Origin: Macrostomum lignano
Taxonomy: Eukaryota
NCBI GenBank assembly: GCA_002269645.1
Contig: NIVC01001957.1
Coordinates: 154,724-218,723 of the forward strand
Length of the DNA stretch: 64,000 nt
Direction: 5' to 3'
Under the pieces are notes generated by a model. The model made no database searches. It was not told the DNA's origin and saw nothing but the letters and a program-made list of their open reading frames with translations. This document shows positions 1-13,175 of the stretch, in pieces (position 1 is the stretch's first letter; each line of letters opens with the position of its first letter). The position numbers and the translations under genes were made by a program.

Positions 1-289
1 TTTAGGATAATAGTCCTATGCTCACTCGTGCGCTGCGCTAAAGTCTCACTTACGAATAACCAACCATTAACATTAACTTCTGCTGTTATTTGTTTGCCTC
101 TGTTTCACACTGTTGTTCTATTTCGCTCTATTACTGAAATAGAAAATACCATAGACAATTCAAGGCACGAATCGCCACATTGACGCCCGGAAAAGGGACG
201 CTTAAGCCCGCAAAAATTAATGACAATAACAATACCGCCATCAAAAGTATCCCCTATTAATCATATATCCATTATAAATAGCCCTAATA

Positions 290-500
290 AAAATATCCCT
301 TACTAATAATATCCCCATTATCAATATCCCCAAAAAATGCCCTTACTAATAATATCCCCATTATAAACATCCCCAATAAAAATATCCCCAATAAAAATGC
401 CTTTACTAATAATATCCCAAATAAAAATACCCCCTACTAATATTATCCCCATAATAAATATCCCCTTTAAAAGCATCCCCACGCAAAATATGCCCACCCA
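290..500. repeat. Degenerate AATATCCCC-type short tandem repeat in an AASS intron
   Basis: Recurrent aatatcccc(a/t) units visible; ORF 397..642 begins in it and is an artefact. Confidence 0.7.
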
Positions 501-501
501 G

Positions 502-3500
502 ATTCATCAGTTACTGCGGCGGGCTGCCGGCACCGCAGCACAGCACGAACCCACTGCGCTACAAGTTCAGCTGGAGCCCCGAGGGCGCTCTGCTATCCAC
601 ACTGAACGCTTCTCGCTACTTGAAGTCCGGCAAAATTGTTGAAATACCCCGCGGCGGTCACCTGATGCTGGCTGCTCAGGACATCGAGTACTTTCCCGGC
701 TTCAATCTGGAAGGCTATCCCAACAGAGACAGCCTGCACTACCGGGATCTGTACGGGATCGAGTCCGCCCAGACCCTGCTCAGGGGGACGCTCAGGTATC
801 GGGGCTACTCCAACGCAGCCTGGGGACTCATCCAGCTTGGCCTACTGTCGGACACTCCGCACGCCAGTCTGCATCCGGAAGGCCCAGACATCACCTGGAA
901 ACAGTTGCTATGCCAACTGCTCGGCAAACCTAGGGATATTTTTGTTGGCACGCTTAAAGACGCCGTGTTTGCTAAAGTCGGCCGGGACAGGGAGAAGTTC
1001 CAGTGCATCGAGGAGCTCGGGCTGTTCGAGGATAAGCTAATTGAGAAGAGGCACACGCCTTTGAGTAGTATCAGCTGCATGCTGGCTGAAAAGCTGAAGT
1101 ACAGTGAGTGCATGATGTACTTTTCTATTTTCAACTATTGATCTTAGAATCTTAATCATTTGATGTTTTAGCCCTGATCCAGGAATCCTCAAATCTAATA
1201 CTTCGATCCCCAATCCTAATCTCTTGATTCTAAAATCCCAACATCTAGATCTCTAATCCCAATAAACAGATCCCTAATCCTAATATCTAGATCCATAATC
1301 CCAATATCTAGATCCCTAATCCCAATATCTAGATCCCTAATCCTAACATCTGGATCCCTAATCCCAATATCTAGATCCCTAATCCCAATATCTAGATCCC
1401 TAATCCCAACACCTAGATCCCTAATCCCAATATCTAGATCCCTAATCTCAATATCTAGATCCCTAATCCTAATATCTAGATCCCTAATCCCAATATCTAG
1501 ATCCCTAATCTCAATATCTAGATCCCTAATCCCAATATCTAGATCTCTATTCATGCATGTATGTCTCAATCCCCAGACCTAGATCCCTAATCCCAATCCA
1601 ATCACCTGTAAAATCATTCAGTACTGCTACTGCATCTAAAACTATAAATCCGTCCATCCCCCCACAGAGCCAGGCGAGACGGACGTGATCATAATGGTGC
1701 TGGATTTGTCCTGCCGGTTCCCCAACGGCACCCGGGAGAATCACGTGATCAGCCTGGTGAAGTACGGCGATCCTAACGGCTATTCGGCAATGTCCCTCAC
1801 CGTTGGCTATCAAACAGCTATAGCCGCCAAAATGCTGCTTGATGGTGAGTCTTGGAATGAGAATTTCAATGGAATGAGTCTGGGGAATGCTGCAAATGGA
1901 TTGATGTGTCAGTGGGTATAACTGATGTGTCAGTGAATAGAACTGATGTGTCAGTGAATAGAACTGATGTGTCAGTGAATAGAACTGATGTGTCAGTGAA
2001 TAGAACTGATGTGTCAGTGGGTATAACTGATGTGTCAGTGAATATAACTGATGTGTCACTGAATATAACTGATGTGTCACTGAATATAACTGATGTGTCA
2101 CTGAATATAACTGATGTGTCACTGAATATAACTGATGTGTCAGTGAATAGAACTGATGTGTCACTGAATAGAACTGATGTGTCACTGAATAGAACTGATG
2201 TGTCACTGAATAGAACTGATGTGTCAGTGAATAGAACTGATGTGTCAGTGAATAGAACTGATGTGTCAGTGAATAGAACTGATGTGTCAGTGGATATAAC
2301 TGATGTGTCACTGAATATAACTGATGTGTCAGTGAATAGAACTGATGTGTCACTGAATAGAACTGATGTGTCAGTGAATAGAACTGATGTGTCACTGAAT
2401 AGAACTGATGTGTCAGTGAATAGAACTGATGTGTCAGTAAATATAACTGATGTGTCAGTGAATAGAACTGATGTGTCACTGAATAGAACTGATGTGTCAG
2501 TGAATAGAACTGATGTGTCAGTGGGTATAACTGATGTGTCAGTGAATAAAACTGGTGTGTCACTGAATAGAACTGATGTTTCAGTGAATAGAACTGATGT
2601 GTCAGTGAATAGAACTGATGTGTCAGTGAATAGAACTGGTGTGTCAGTGAATATAACTGATGTGTCAGTGAATTGAACTGGTGTGTCAGTGAATATAACT
2701 GATGTGTCAGTGGGTATAACTGATGTGTCAGTGAATAGAACTGGTGTGTCACTGAATAGAACTGATGTTTCAGTGAATATAACTGATGTGTCAGTGAATT
2801 GAACTGGTGTGTCAGTGAATATAACTGATGTGTCAGTGGGTATAACTGATGTGTCAGTGAATTGAACTGGTGTGTCAGTGAATATAACTGATGTGTCACT
2901 GAATATAACTGATGTGTCACTGATTAGAACTGATGTGTCAGTGAATATAACTGATGTGTCAGTGAATATAACTGATGTGTCAGTGAATATAACTGATGTG
3001 TCACTGAATATAACTGATGTGTCACTGAATATAACTGATGTGTCACTGAATATAACTGATGTGTCACTGAATATAACTGATGTGTCACTGAATAAAACTG
3101 ATGTGTCAGTGAATAGAACTGATGTGTCACTGAATATAACTGATGTGTCACTGAATATAACTGATGTGTCACTGAATATAACTGATGTGTCACTGAATAG
3201 AACTGATGTGTCAGTGAATATAACTGATGTGTCACTGAATAGAACTGATGTGTCACTGAATAGAACTGATGTGTCACTGAATAGAACTGATGTGTCACTG
3301 AATAGAACTGATGTGTCAGTGAATAGAACTGATGTGTCAGTGAATAGAACTGATGTGTCAGTGGGTATAACTGATGTGTCACTGAATAGAACTGATGTGT
3401 CAGTGAATAGAACTGATGTGTCAGTGAATAGAACTGGTGTGTCAGTGAATAGAACTGATGTGTCAGTGAATAGAACTGATGTGTCAGTAAATATAACTGA

Positions 3501-6500
3501 TGTGTCAGTGAATAGAACTGATGTGTCACTGAATAGAACTGATGTGTCAGTGAATAGAACTGATGTGTCAGTGGGTATAACTGATGTGTCAGTGAATAAA
3601 ACTGGTGTGTCACTGAATAGAACTGATGTGTCAGTGAATAGAACTGATGTTTCAGTGAATAGAACTGATGTGTCAGTGAATAGAACTGATGTGTCAGTGA
3701 ATAGAACTGGTGTGTCAGTGAATATAACTGATGTGTCAGTGAATTAAACTGGTGTGTCAGTGAATTGAACTGGTGTGTCAGTGAATATAACTGATGTGTC
3801 AGTGAATAGAACTGATGTGTCAGTGAATAGAATTGATGTGTCAGTGAATAGAACTGATGTGTCAGTGAATAGAACTGATGTGTCAGTGAATAGAACTGAT
3901 GTGTCAGTGAATAGAACTGATGTGTCAGTGGGTATAACTGATGTGTCAGTGAATATAACTGATGTGTCACTGAATATAACTGATGTGTCACTGAATATAA
4001 CTGATGTGTCACTGAATATAACTGATGTGTCACTGAATATAACTGATGTGTCAGTGAATAGAACTGATGTGTCACTGAATAGAACTGATGTGTCACTGAA
4101 TAGAACTGATGTGTCACTGAATAGAACTGATGTGTCAGTGAATAGAACTGATGTGTCAGTGAATAGAACTGATGTGTCAGTGAATAGAACTGATGTGTCA
4201 GTGGATATAACTGATGTGTCACTGAATATAACTGATGTGTCAGTGAATAGAACTGATGTGTCAGTGAATATAACTGATGTGTCACTGAATAGAACTGATG
4301 TGTCACTGAATAGAACTGATGTGTCAGTGAATAGAACTGATGTGTCAGTGAATATAACTGATGTGTCAGTGAATAGAACTGATGTGTCACTGAATATAAC
4401 TGATGTGTCACTGAATATAACTGATGTGTCACTGAATATAACTGATGTGTCACTGAATATAACTGATGTGTCACTGAATAGAACTGATGTGTCACTGAAT
4501 ATAACTGATGTGTCACTGAATAGAACTGGTGTGTCAGTGAATAGAACTGATGTGTCAGTGGGTATAACTGATTTGTCAGTGAATAAAACTGGTGTGTCAC
4601 TGAATAGAACTGATGTTTCAGTGAATAGAACTGATGTGTCAGTGAATAGAACTGATGTGTCAGTGAATAGAACTGGTGTGTCAGTGAATATAACTGATGT
4701 GTCAGTGAATTGAACTGGTGTGTCAGTGAATTGAACTGGTGTGTCAGTGAATATAACTGATGTGTCAGTGAATAGAACTGATGTGTCAGTGAATAGAATT
4801 GATGTGTCAGTGAATAGAACTGATGTGTCAGTGAATAGAACTGATGTGTCAGTGAATAGAACTGATGTGTCAGTGAATAGAACTGATGTGTCAGTGGGTA
4901 TAACTGATGTGTCACTGAATATAACTGATGTGTCACTGAATATAACTGATGTGTCACTGAATATAACTGATGTGTCAGTGAATAGAACTGATGTGTCACT
5001 GAATAGAACTGATGTGTCACTGAATAGAACTGATGTGTCACTGAATAGAACTGATGTGTCACTGAATAGAACTGATGTGTCAGTGAATAGAACTGATGTG
5101 TCAGTGAATAGAACTGATGTGTCAGTGGATATAACTGATGTGTCACTGAATATAACTGATGTGTCAGTGAATAGAACTGATGTGTCACTGAATAGAACTG
5201 ATGTGTCAGTGAATAGAACTGATGTGTCACTGAATAGAACTGATGTGTCAGTGAATAGAACTGATGTGTCACTGAATAGAACTGATGTGTCAGTGAATAG
5301 AACTGATGTGTCAGTGGGTATAACTGATGTGTCAGTGAATAGAACTGATGTGTCAGTGAATAGAACTGATGTGTCAGTGAATAGAACTGGTGTGTCAGTG
5401 AATAGAACTGATGTGTCAGTGAATAGAACTGATGTGTCAGTGAATATAACTGATGTGTCAGTGAATAGAACTGATGTGTCACTGAATAGAACTGATGTGT
5501 CAGTGGATATAACTGATGTGTCACTGAATATAACTGATGTGTCAGTGAATAGAACTGATGTGTCACTGAATAGAACTGATGTGTCAGTGAATAGAACTGA
5601 TGTGTCACTGAATAGAACTGATGTGTCAGTGAATAGAACTGATGTGTCAGTGAATATAACTGATGTGTCAGTGAATAGAACTGATGTGTCACTGAATAGA
5701 ACTGATGTGTCAGTGAATAGAACTGATGTGTCACTGAATAGAACTGATGTGTCACTGAATAGAACTGATGTGTCACTGAATAGAACTGATGTGTCAGTGA
5801 ATAGAACTGATGTGTCAGTGGATATAACTGATGTGTCACTGAATAGAACTGATGTGTCAGTGAATAGAACTGGTGTGTCAGTGAATATAACTGATGTGTC
5901 AGTGAATTGAACTGGTGTGTCAGTGAATTGAACTGGTGTGTCAGTGAATATAACTGATGTGTCAGTGAATAGAACTGATGTGTCAGTGAATAGAATTGAT
6001 GTGTCAGTGAATAGAACTGATGTGTCAGTGAATAGAACTGATGTGTCAGTGAATAGAACTGATGTGTCAGTGAATAGAACTGATGTGTCAGTGGTATAAC
6101 TGATGTGTCAGTGAATATAACTGATGTGTCACTGAATATAACTGATGTGTCACTGAATATAACTGATGTGTCACTGAATATAACTGATGTGTCACTGAAT
6201 ATAACTGATGTGTCAGTGAATAGAACTGATGTGTCACTGAATAGAACTGATGTGTCACTGAATAGAACTGATGTGTCACTGAATAGAACTGATGTGTCAG
6301 TGAATAGAACTGATGTGTCAGTGAATAGAACTGATGTGTCAGTGAATAGAACTGATGTGTCAGTGGATATAACTGATGTGTCACTGAATATAACTGATGT
6401 GTCAGTGAATAGAACTGATGTGTCAGTGAATATAACTGATGTGTCAGTGAATAGAACTGATGTGTCACTGAATAGAACTGATGTGTCAGTGAATAGAACT

Positions 6501-9500
6501 GATGTGTCAGTGAATATAACTGATGTGTCAGTGAATAGAACTGATGTGTCACTGAATAGAACTGATGTGTCAGTGAATAGAACTGATGTGTCAGTGGGTA
6601 TAACTGATGTGTCAGTGAATTGAACTGGTGTGTCAGTGAATATAACTGATGTGTCACTGAATATAACTGATGTGTCACTGATTAGAACTGATGTGTCAGT
6701 GAATATAACTGATGTGTCAGTGAATATAACTGATGTGTCAGTGAATATAACTGATGTGTCACTGAATATAACTGATGTGTCACTGAATATAACTGATGTG
6801 TCAGTGAATAGAACTGATGTGTCACTGAATAGAACTGATGTGTCACTGAATAGAACTGATGTGTCAGTGAATAGAACTGATGTGTCATTGAATATAACTG
6901 ATGTGTCACTGAATATAACTGATGTGTCACTGAATATAACTGATGTGTCACTGAATATAACTGATGTGTCACTGAATATAACTGATGTGTCACTGAATAT
7001 AACTGATGTGTCACTGAATAGAACTGATGTGTCACTGAATAGAACTGATGTGTCACTGAATAGAACTGATGTGTCACTGAATAGAACTGATGTGTCAGTG
7101 AATAGAACTGATGTGTCACTGAATAGAACTGATGTGTCAGTGAATAGAACTGATGTGTCAGTGGGTATAACTGATGTGTCAGTGAATAGAACTGATGTGT
7201 CAGTGAATAGAACTGATGTGTCAGTGAATAGAACTGGTGTGTCAGTGAATAGAACTGATGTGTCAGTGAATAGAACTGATGTGTCAGTGAATATAACTGA
7301 TGTGTCAGTGAATAGAACTGATGTGTCACTGAATAGAACTGATGTGTCAGTGGATATAACTGATGTGTCACTGAATATAACTGATGTGTCAGTGAATAGA
7401 ACTGATGTGTCACTGAATAGAACTGATGTGTCAGTGAATAGAACTGATGTGTCACTGAATAGAACTGATGTGTCAGTGAATAGAACTGATGTGTCAGTGA
7501 ATATAACTGATGTGTCAGTGAATAGAACTGATGTGTCACTGAATAGAACTGATGTGTCAGTGAATAGAACTGATGTGTCAGTGAATAGAATTGATGTGTC
7601 AGTGAATAGAATTGATGTGTCAGTGAATAGAACTGATGTGTCAGTGAATATAACTGATGTGTCAGTGAATAGAACTGATGTGTCAGTGAATAGAACTGAT
7701 GTGTCAGTGAATAGAACTGATGTGTCAGTGAATAGAACTGGTGTGTCAGTGAATAGAACTGATGTGTCAGTGAATAGAACTGATGTGTCAGTGAATATAA
7801 CTGATGTGTCAGTGAATAGAACTGATGTGTCACTGAATAGAACTGATGTGTCAGTGAATAGAACTGATGTGTCAGTGGGTATAACTGATGTGTCAGTGAA
7901 TAAAACTGGTGTGTCACTGAATAGAACTGATGTTTCAGTGAATAGAACTGATGTGTCAGTGAATAGAACTGATGTGTCAGTGAATAGAACTGGTGTGTCA
8001 GTGAATATAACTGATGTGTCAGTGAATTGAACTGGTGTGTCAGTGAATATAACTGATGTGTCAGTGAATAGAACTGATGTGTCAGTGAATAGAATTGATG
8101 TGTCAGTGAATAGAACTGATGTGTCAGTGAATAGAACTGATGTGTCAGTGAATAGAACTGATGTGTCAGTGAATAGAACTGATGTGTCAGTGGGTATAAC
8201 TGATGTGTCAGTGAATATAACTGATGTGTCACTGAATATAACTGATGTGTCACTGAATATAACTGATGTGTCACTGAATATAACTGATGTGTCACTGAAT
8301 ATAACTGATGTGTCAGTGAATAGAACTGATGTGTCACTGAATAGAACTGATGTGTCAGTGAATAGAACTGATGTGTCACTGAATAGAACTGATGTGTCAG
8401 TGAATAGAACTGATGTGTCAGTGAATATAACTGATGTGTCAGTGAATAGAACTGATGTGTCACTGAATAGAACTGATGTGTCAGTGAATAGAACTGATGT
8501 GTCAGTGAATAGAATTGATGTGTCAGTGAATAGAATTGATGTGTCAGTGAATAGAACTGATGTGTCAGTGAATATAACTGATGTGTCAGTGAATAGAACT
8601 GATGTGTCAGTGAATAGAACTGATGTGTCAGTGAATAGAACTGATGTGTCAGTGAATAGAACTGGTGTGTCAGTGAATAGAACTGATGTGTCAGTGAATA
8701 GAACTGATGTGTCAGTGAATATAACTGATGTGTCAGTGAATAGAACTGATGTGTCACTGAATAGAACTGATGTGTCAGTGAATAGAACTGATGTGTCAGT
8801 GGGTATAACTGATGTGTCAGTGAATAAAACTGGTGTGTCACTGAATAGAACTGATGTTTCAGTGAATAGAACTGATGTGTCAGTGAATAGAACTGATGTG
8901 TCAGTGAATAGAACTGGTGTGTCAGTGAATATAACTGATGTGTCAGTGAATTGAACTGGTGTGTCAGTGAATTGAACTGGTGTGTCAGTGAATAGAACTG
9001 ATGTGTCAGTGAATAGAATTGATGTGTCAGTGAATAGAACTGATGTGTCAGTGAATAGAACTGATGTGTCACTGAATATAACTGATGTGTCACTGATTAG
9101 AACTGATGTGTCAGTGGGTATAACTGATGTGTCAGTGAATATAACTGATGTGTCACTGAATATAACTGATGTGTCACTGAATATAACTGATGTGTCACTG
9201 AATATAACTGATGTGTCACTGAATATAACTGATGTGTCACTGAATATAACTGATGTGTCACTGAATAGAACTGATGTGTCAGTGAATAGAACTGATGTGT
9301 CACTGAATATAACTGATGTGTCACTGAATATAACTGATGTGTCACTGAATATAACTGATGTGTCACTGAATATAACTGATGTGTCACTGAATAGAACTGA
9401 TGTGTCACTGAATATAACTGATGTGTCACTGAATAGAACTGATGTGTCACTGAATAGAACTGATGTGTCACTGAATAGAACTGATGTGTCACTGAATAGA

Positions 9501-11166
9501 ACTGATGTGTCACTGAATAGAACTGATGTGTCAGTGAATAGAACTGATGTGTCAGTGGGTATAACTGATGTGTCACTGAATAGAACTGATGTGTCAGTGA
9601 ATAGAACTGATGTGTCAGTGAATAGAACTGGTGTGTCAGTGAATAGAACTGATGTGTCAGTGAATAGAACTGATGTGTCAGTGAATATAACTGATGTGTC
9701 AGTGAATATAACTGATGTGTCACTGAATATAACTGATGTGTCACTGAATATAACTGATGTGTCACTGAATAGAACTGATGTGTCACTGAATATAACTGAT
9801 GTGTCAGTGAATAGAACTGATGTGTCACTGAATAGAACTGATGTGTCACTGAATAGAACTGATGTGTCACTGAATATAACTGATGTGTCAGTGAATAGAA
9901 CTGATGTGTCACTGAATAGAACTGATGTGTCACTGAATAGAACTGATGTGTCAGTGAATAGAACTGATGTGTCAGTGAATAGAACTGGTGTGTCACTGAA
10001 TAGAACTGATGTTTCAGTGAATAGAACTGATGTGTCAGTGAATAGAACTGATGTTTCAGTGAATAGAACTGGTGTGTCAGTGAATATAACTGATGTGTCA
10101 CTGAATATAACTGATGTGTCACTGAATATAACTGGTGTGTCAGTGAATAGAACTGGTGTGTCAGTGAATAGAACTGATGTGTCAGTGAATAGAACTGGTG
10201 TGTCACTGAATAGAACTGATGTGTCAGTGAATATAACTGATGTGTCAGTGAATAGAACTGATGTGTCACTGAATAGAACAGATGTGTCAGTGAATAGAAC
10301 TGATGTGTCACTGAATATAACTGATGTGTCAGTGAATAGAACTCATGTGTCACTGAATAGAACTGATGTGTCACTGAATATAACTGATGTGTCAGTGAAT
10401 AGAACTGATGTGTCACTGAATAGAACTGATGTGTCACTGAATAGAACTGATGTGTCAGTGAATAGAACTGATGTGTCAGTGAATAGAACTGGTGTGTCAC
10501 TGAATAGAACTGATGTTTCAGTGAATAGAACTGATGTGTCAGTGAATAGAACTGATGTGTCAGTGAATAGAACTGATGTGTCAGTGAATAGAACTGATGT
10601 GTCAGTGGATAGAACTAATGTGGGGTGCTTTCACAAGGTCGAAATTTCACAACGTCGAAAAGTAAATTATTTCACAAGGTCGAAACTTCACAAGGTCGAA
10701 ATTTCACAACATCGAAAACTTTAGCAGGAGACTTCATAAGGTCGACATTTCATAAGGTCGAAATTTCACAACATCGAAAACTCAAATAGCAGCCACTTTC
10801 ACAAGGTCGAAACTTCACAAGGTCGAAATTTCACAACATCGAAAAATCTAGCAAGAGATTTCATAAGGTCGAAATTTCACAAGGTCGAAATTTCATAACA
10901 TCGAAAACTCAAGTGCAGCCACTTTTGTGAAAATTTGTGAAAGTTGTGAAATTTCGAGTTTGTGAAACCCCCCCACTAATGTGTCAGTGAAGAGAACTGA
11001 CGTGTCACTGGGTGACTCAAGCAAAGCCCGCTGTCATCTTTCAGAAGAGATCCAAGACCGCGGTCTCGTGCTGCCGCTGTCAATGAACATCTACCGACCA
11101 ATATTGAAGCGACTCAAAGCTGAAGGCATCTCAGCCGTCGCCAAGACAACCGAAATTGAAGGCTGA
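502..11166 (+). CDS. AASS: Alpha-aminoadipic semialdehyde synthase, C-terminal saccharopine dehydrogenase half (5' part outside window); exons 502-1103, 1668-1844, 11045-11166
   Basis: Translation FISYCGGLPAP..NPLRYKFSWSP..FNLEGYPNRDS..TLLRGTLRY..YGDPNGYSAMSLTVG..IYRPILKRLKAEGI matches the AASS/Lys9 family as I recall it. AG/GT sites join in phase; stop TGA at 11164-11166. Confidence 0.93.
1235..1590. repeat. 21-bp minisatellite (ATCTAGATCCCTAATCCCAAT) in AASS intron
   Basis: About 15 tandem units; produces the spurious IRDLDIG ORF. Confidence 0.9.
1903..10621. repeat. ~8.7 kb 21-bp minisatellite (ACTGATGTGTCA[G/C]TGAATA[G/T]A), ~415 units, with higher-order blocks, in the last AASS intron
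   Basis: Tandem units directly visible. Marker variants recur at multiples of 21 (AATAAA variant at 2545, 3595, 4582, 7899, 8823). Confidence 0.98.
10622..10974. mobile_element. MITE-like non-autonomous DNA transposon (~350 bp) inserted in the end of the 21-bp array
   Basis: ~32-bp imperfect TIRs (GGGGTGCTTTCACAAGGTCGAAATTTCACAAC vs GGGGGGGTTTCACAAACTCGAAATTTCACAAC). Flanking direct repeat ACTAATGT(G) at 10614 and 10975. Internal TTCACAAGGTCGAAA subrepeats. Array units resume at ~10975-11010. Confidence 0.85.
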
Positions 11167-11974
11167 CGACCTACTAGCTGTGCTAATTTATATTGCTGTG
11201 ATGTAAATGTCAAGGATCCTAACGTAGGAAAAAGAAAGTTCTTTTACCTCTGTTAGAATCTGTTTTTTGCACTTGCTTCAGAAAAGAAAGAACTTTTTCT
11301 TAGTACAATATTGTACTTTATTAGAAGAATATCGTTTGTTTACTATCGTTCGTTTGTTTAGTACAATATTGTACTTTATTAGAAGAATATCGTTTGTTTA
11401 CTATTTTATAATCTCTCTGGGTAAACAATACATACTTTCAAACTTCTCACTTAAAGTCTCATTATTTATTTCAATTTTTATTTACAGATTTTATTTATAC
11501 TATTTTTAAACTCGCTCTACTCACTCCAGTAGTATGATGCGACTGCGAATCTAAAATTTATGTGGAGTATTTTTATGCTTATATCAGTAACTCGTTTTTG
11601 AAAAATGCCAAAAATTGCTTTGTTATTATTTCATTCCTTTCTTTGCAAATGTGTTAAATTAATATATACGAGCTATTTTGTGATTAAATAATTTCATACG
11701 ATCTCCGCTACTTTCAGTAAGCTATGTAACGAAGTAACGTAGTAACGAAGCAGTAACGAAAACATTGCAGCTGTGACAGAAAATATACGAACTGTGCAGA
11801 CTATCACAAATTTTTTATTTATATGTATGTTCTGATATTTATGAAGCCAGGCGCAACTTCTTAATAAATTTAATTATTGGCTTTTATAATCAGTCATGAG
11901 TCACTGTCTCAGCCCCAGCTCCACGTTTTGAGAGTCAACTCCAGGGTCTCTGCCCTCTGCACTTCATAACCCAT

Positions 11975-12170
11975 CCTCTCTGCACTCTATTATCAGCCCT
12001 CTCTGCACTCTATAACCCACCCTCTCTGCACTATAACCCACCCTCTCTGCACTCTATAACCCACCCTCTCTGCACTCTATAACCCACCCTCTCTGCACTC
12101 TATAACCCACCCTCTCTGCACTCTATTATCAGCCCTCTCTGCACTCTATAATCCACCCTCTCTGCACTTT
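11975..12170. repeat. 23-bp minisatellite (AACCCACCCTCTCTGCACTCTAT)
   Basis: About 8 tandem units. Confidence 0.85.
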
Positions 12171-12177
12171 ATAATCC

Positions 12178-12590
12178 AGAACCAACCCCTATTATCCATG
12201 GCCCACTGAGGGGCGGTGCAAAACCAACCCCCGTTTTCCATGGCCCACTGAGGGGCGGTGCAAAACCAACCCCCGTTTTCCATGGCCCACTGAGGGGCGG
12301 TGCAAAACCAACCCCCGTTTTCCATGGCCCACTGAGGGGCGGTGCAAAACCAACCCCCGTTTTCCATGGCCCACTGAGGGGCGGTGCAAAACCAATCCCT
12401 GTTTTATATGGCCCACTGAGGGGCGGTGCAAAACCAGCCCCCGTTTTATATGGCCCACTGAGGGGCGGTGCAAAACCAACCCCCGTTTTATATGGCCCAC
12501 TGAGGGGCGCTGGAGAACCAACCCCCGTTTTATATGGCCCACTTAGTGGTGGTGCAGAACCAACCCTCATTTTTCATGCCCCACTGAGGT
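12178..12590. repeat. 42-bp minisatellite (AAACCAACCCCCGTTTTCCATGGCCCACTGAGGGGCGGTGCA), related to the 43-bp intronic family
   Basis: About 10 units. Shares the AAACCAACCCCC...CCACTGA...GGTG skeleton with arrays at 14.3 and 17.8 kb. Confidence 0.9.
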
Positions 12591-13175
12591 TTTACCATAT
12601 ACAAATTCTTAATAACTGATTGCTTGGGTACAAACAAAGAAACAAACAAACAAGCAAAACTTGCAGACAAACCCTCCTTACTTCTGTCTGTGGTATTATT
12701 AAAGTATTCTCCACTGCTTAGGCTGACCTAGCCGAAATTGAGAACTGTAATTGTAAGCACAGCTTTAGTTGCGCTATCTCTGCACTGACACTCAAAAACA
12801 GGGCAGAAAAAAGATAATATTGCTCTCTGAGCAGAGACTGCACAATCCGACGGTTACTTCAAAATGGGCGCTAGAAAGCAGGTGAGCCAGCGTGCGCGCG
12901 TTGACGCCACCTGTCGCACCCTTTATACAATGCAGCTACTCCTATTGCAGAGAGAGACTCGCATAGTTTCACTTTGAAGTAAACGACATCTCTAACCCAA
13001 ATGTACAGTCATCAAACTCTGCAACCGAGGAATGAAAGCGAAACTGGGCAATGTTTAAAAATAAGCGCTACTTTTGGTGTATTTAAACTCGCGTTTTCAT
13101 CTTAGGCGAATTTCTTTAAATGAAATATATTGAGGCAAGCAAATGCTATACATATAAACTAAGACAGATACAGTA

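Noticed and set aside
1906-10724. Long ORFs on both strands of the 21-bp array (TDVSVNR/TDVSLNI with an N-x-T sequon in most units; THQFYSL on minus)
   Set aside because: The 21-bp period makes open frames automatic. Stops (AATTGA) recur with the higher-order blocks, a 1-nt deletion near 6092 shifts frame, the array lies in an AASS intron, and it is not in frame with the upstream exon.
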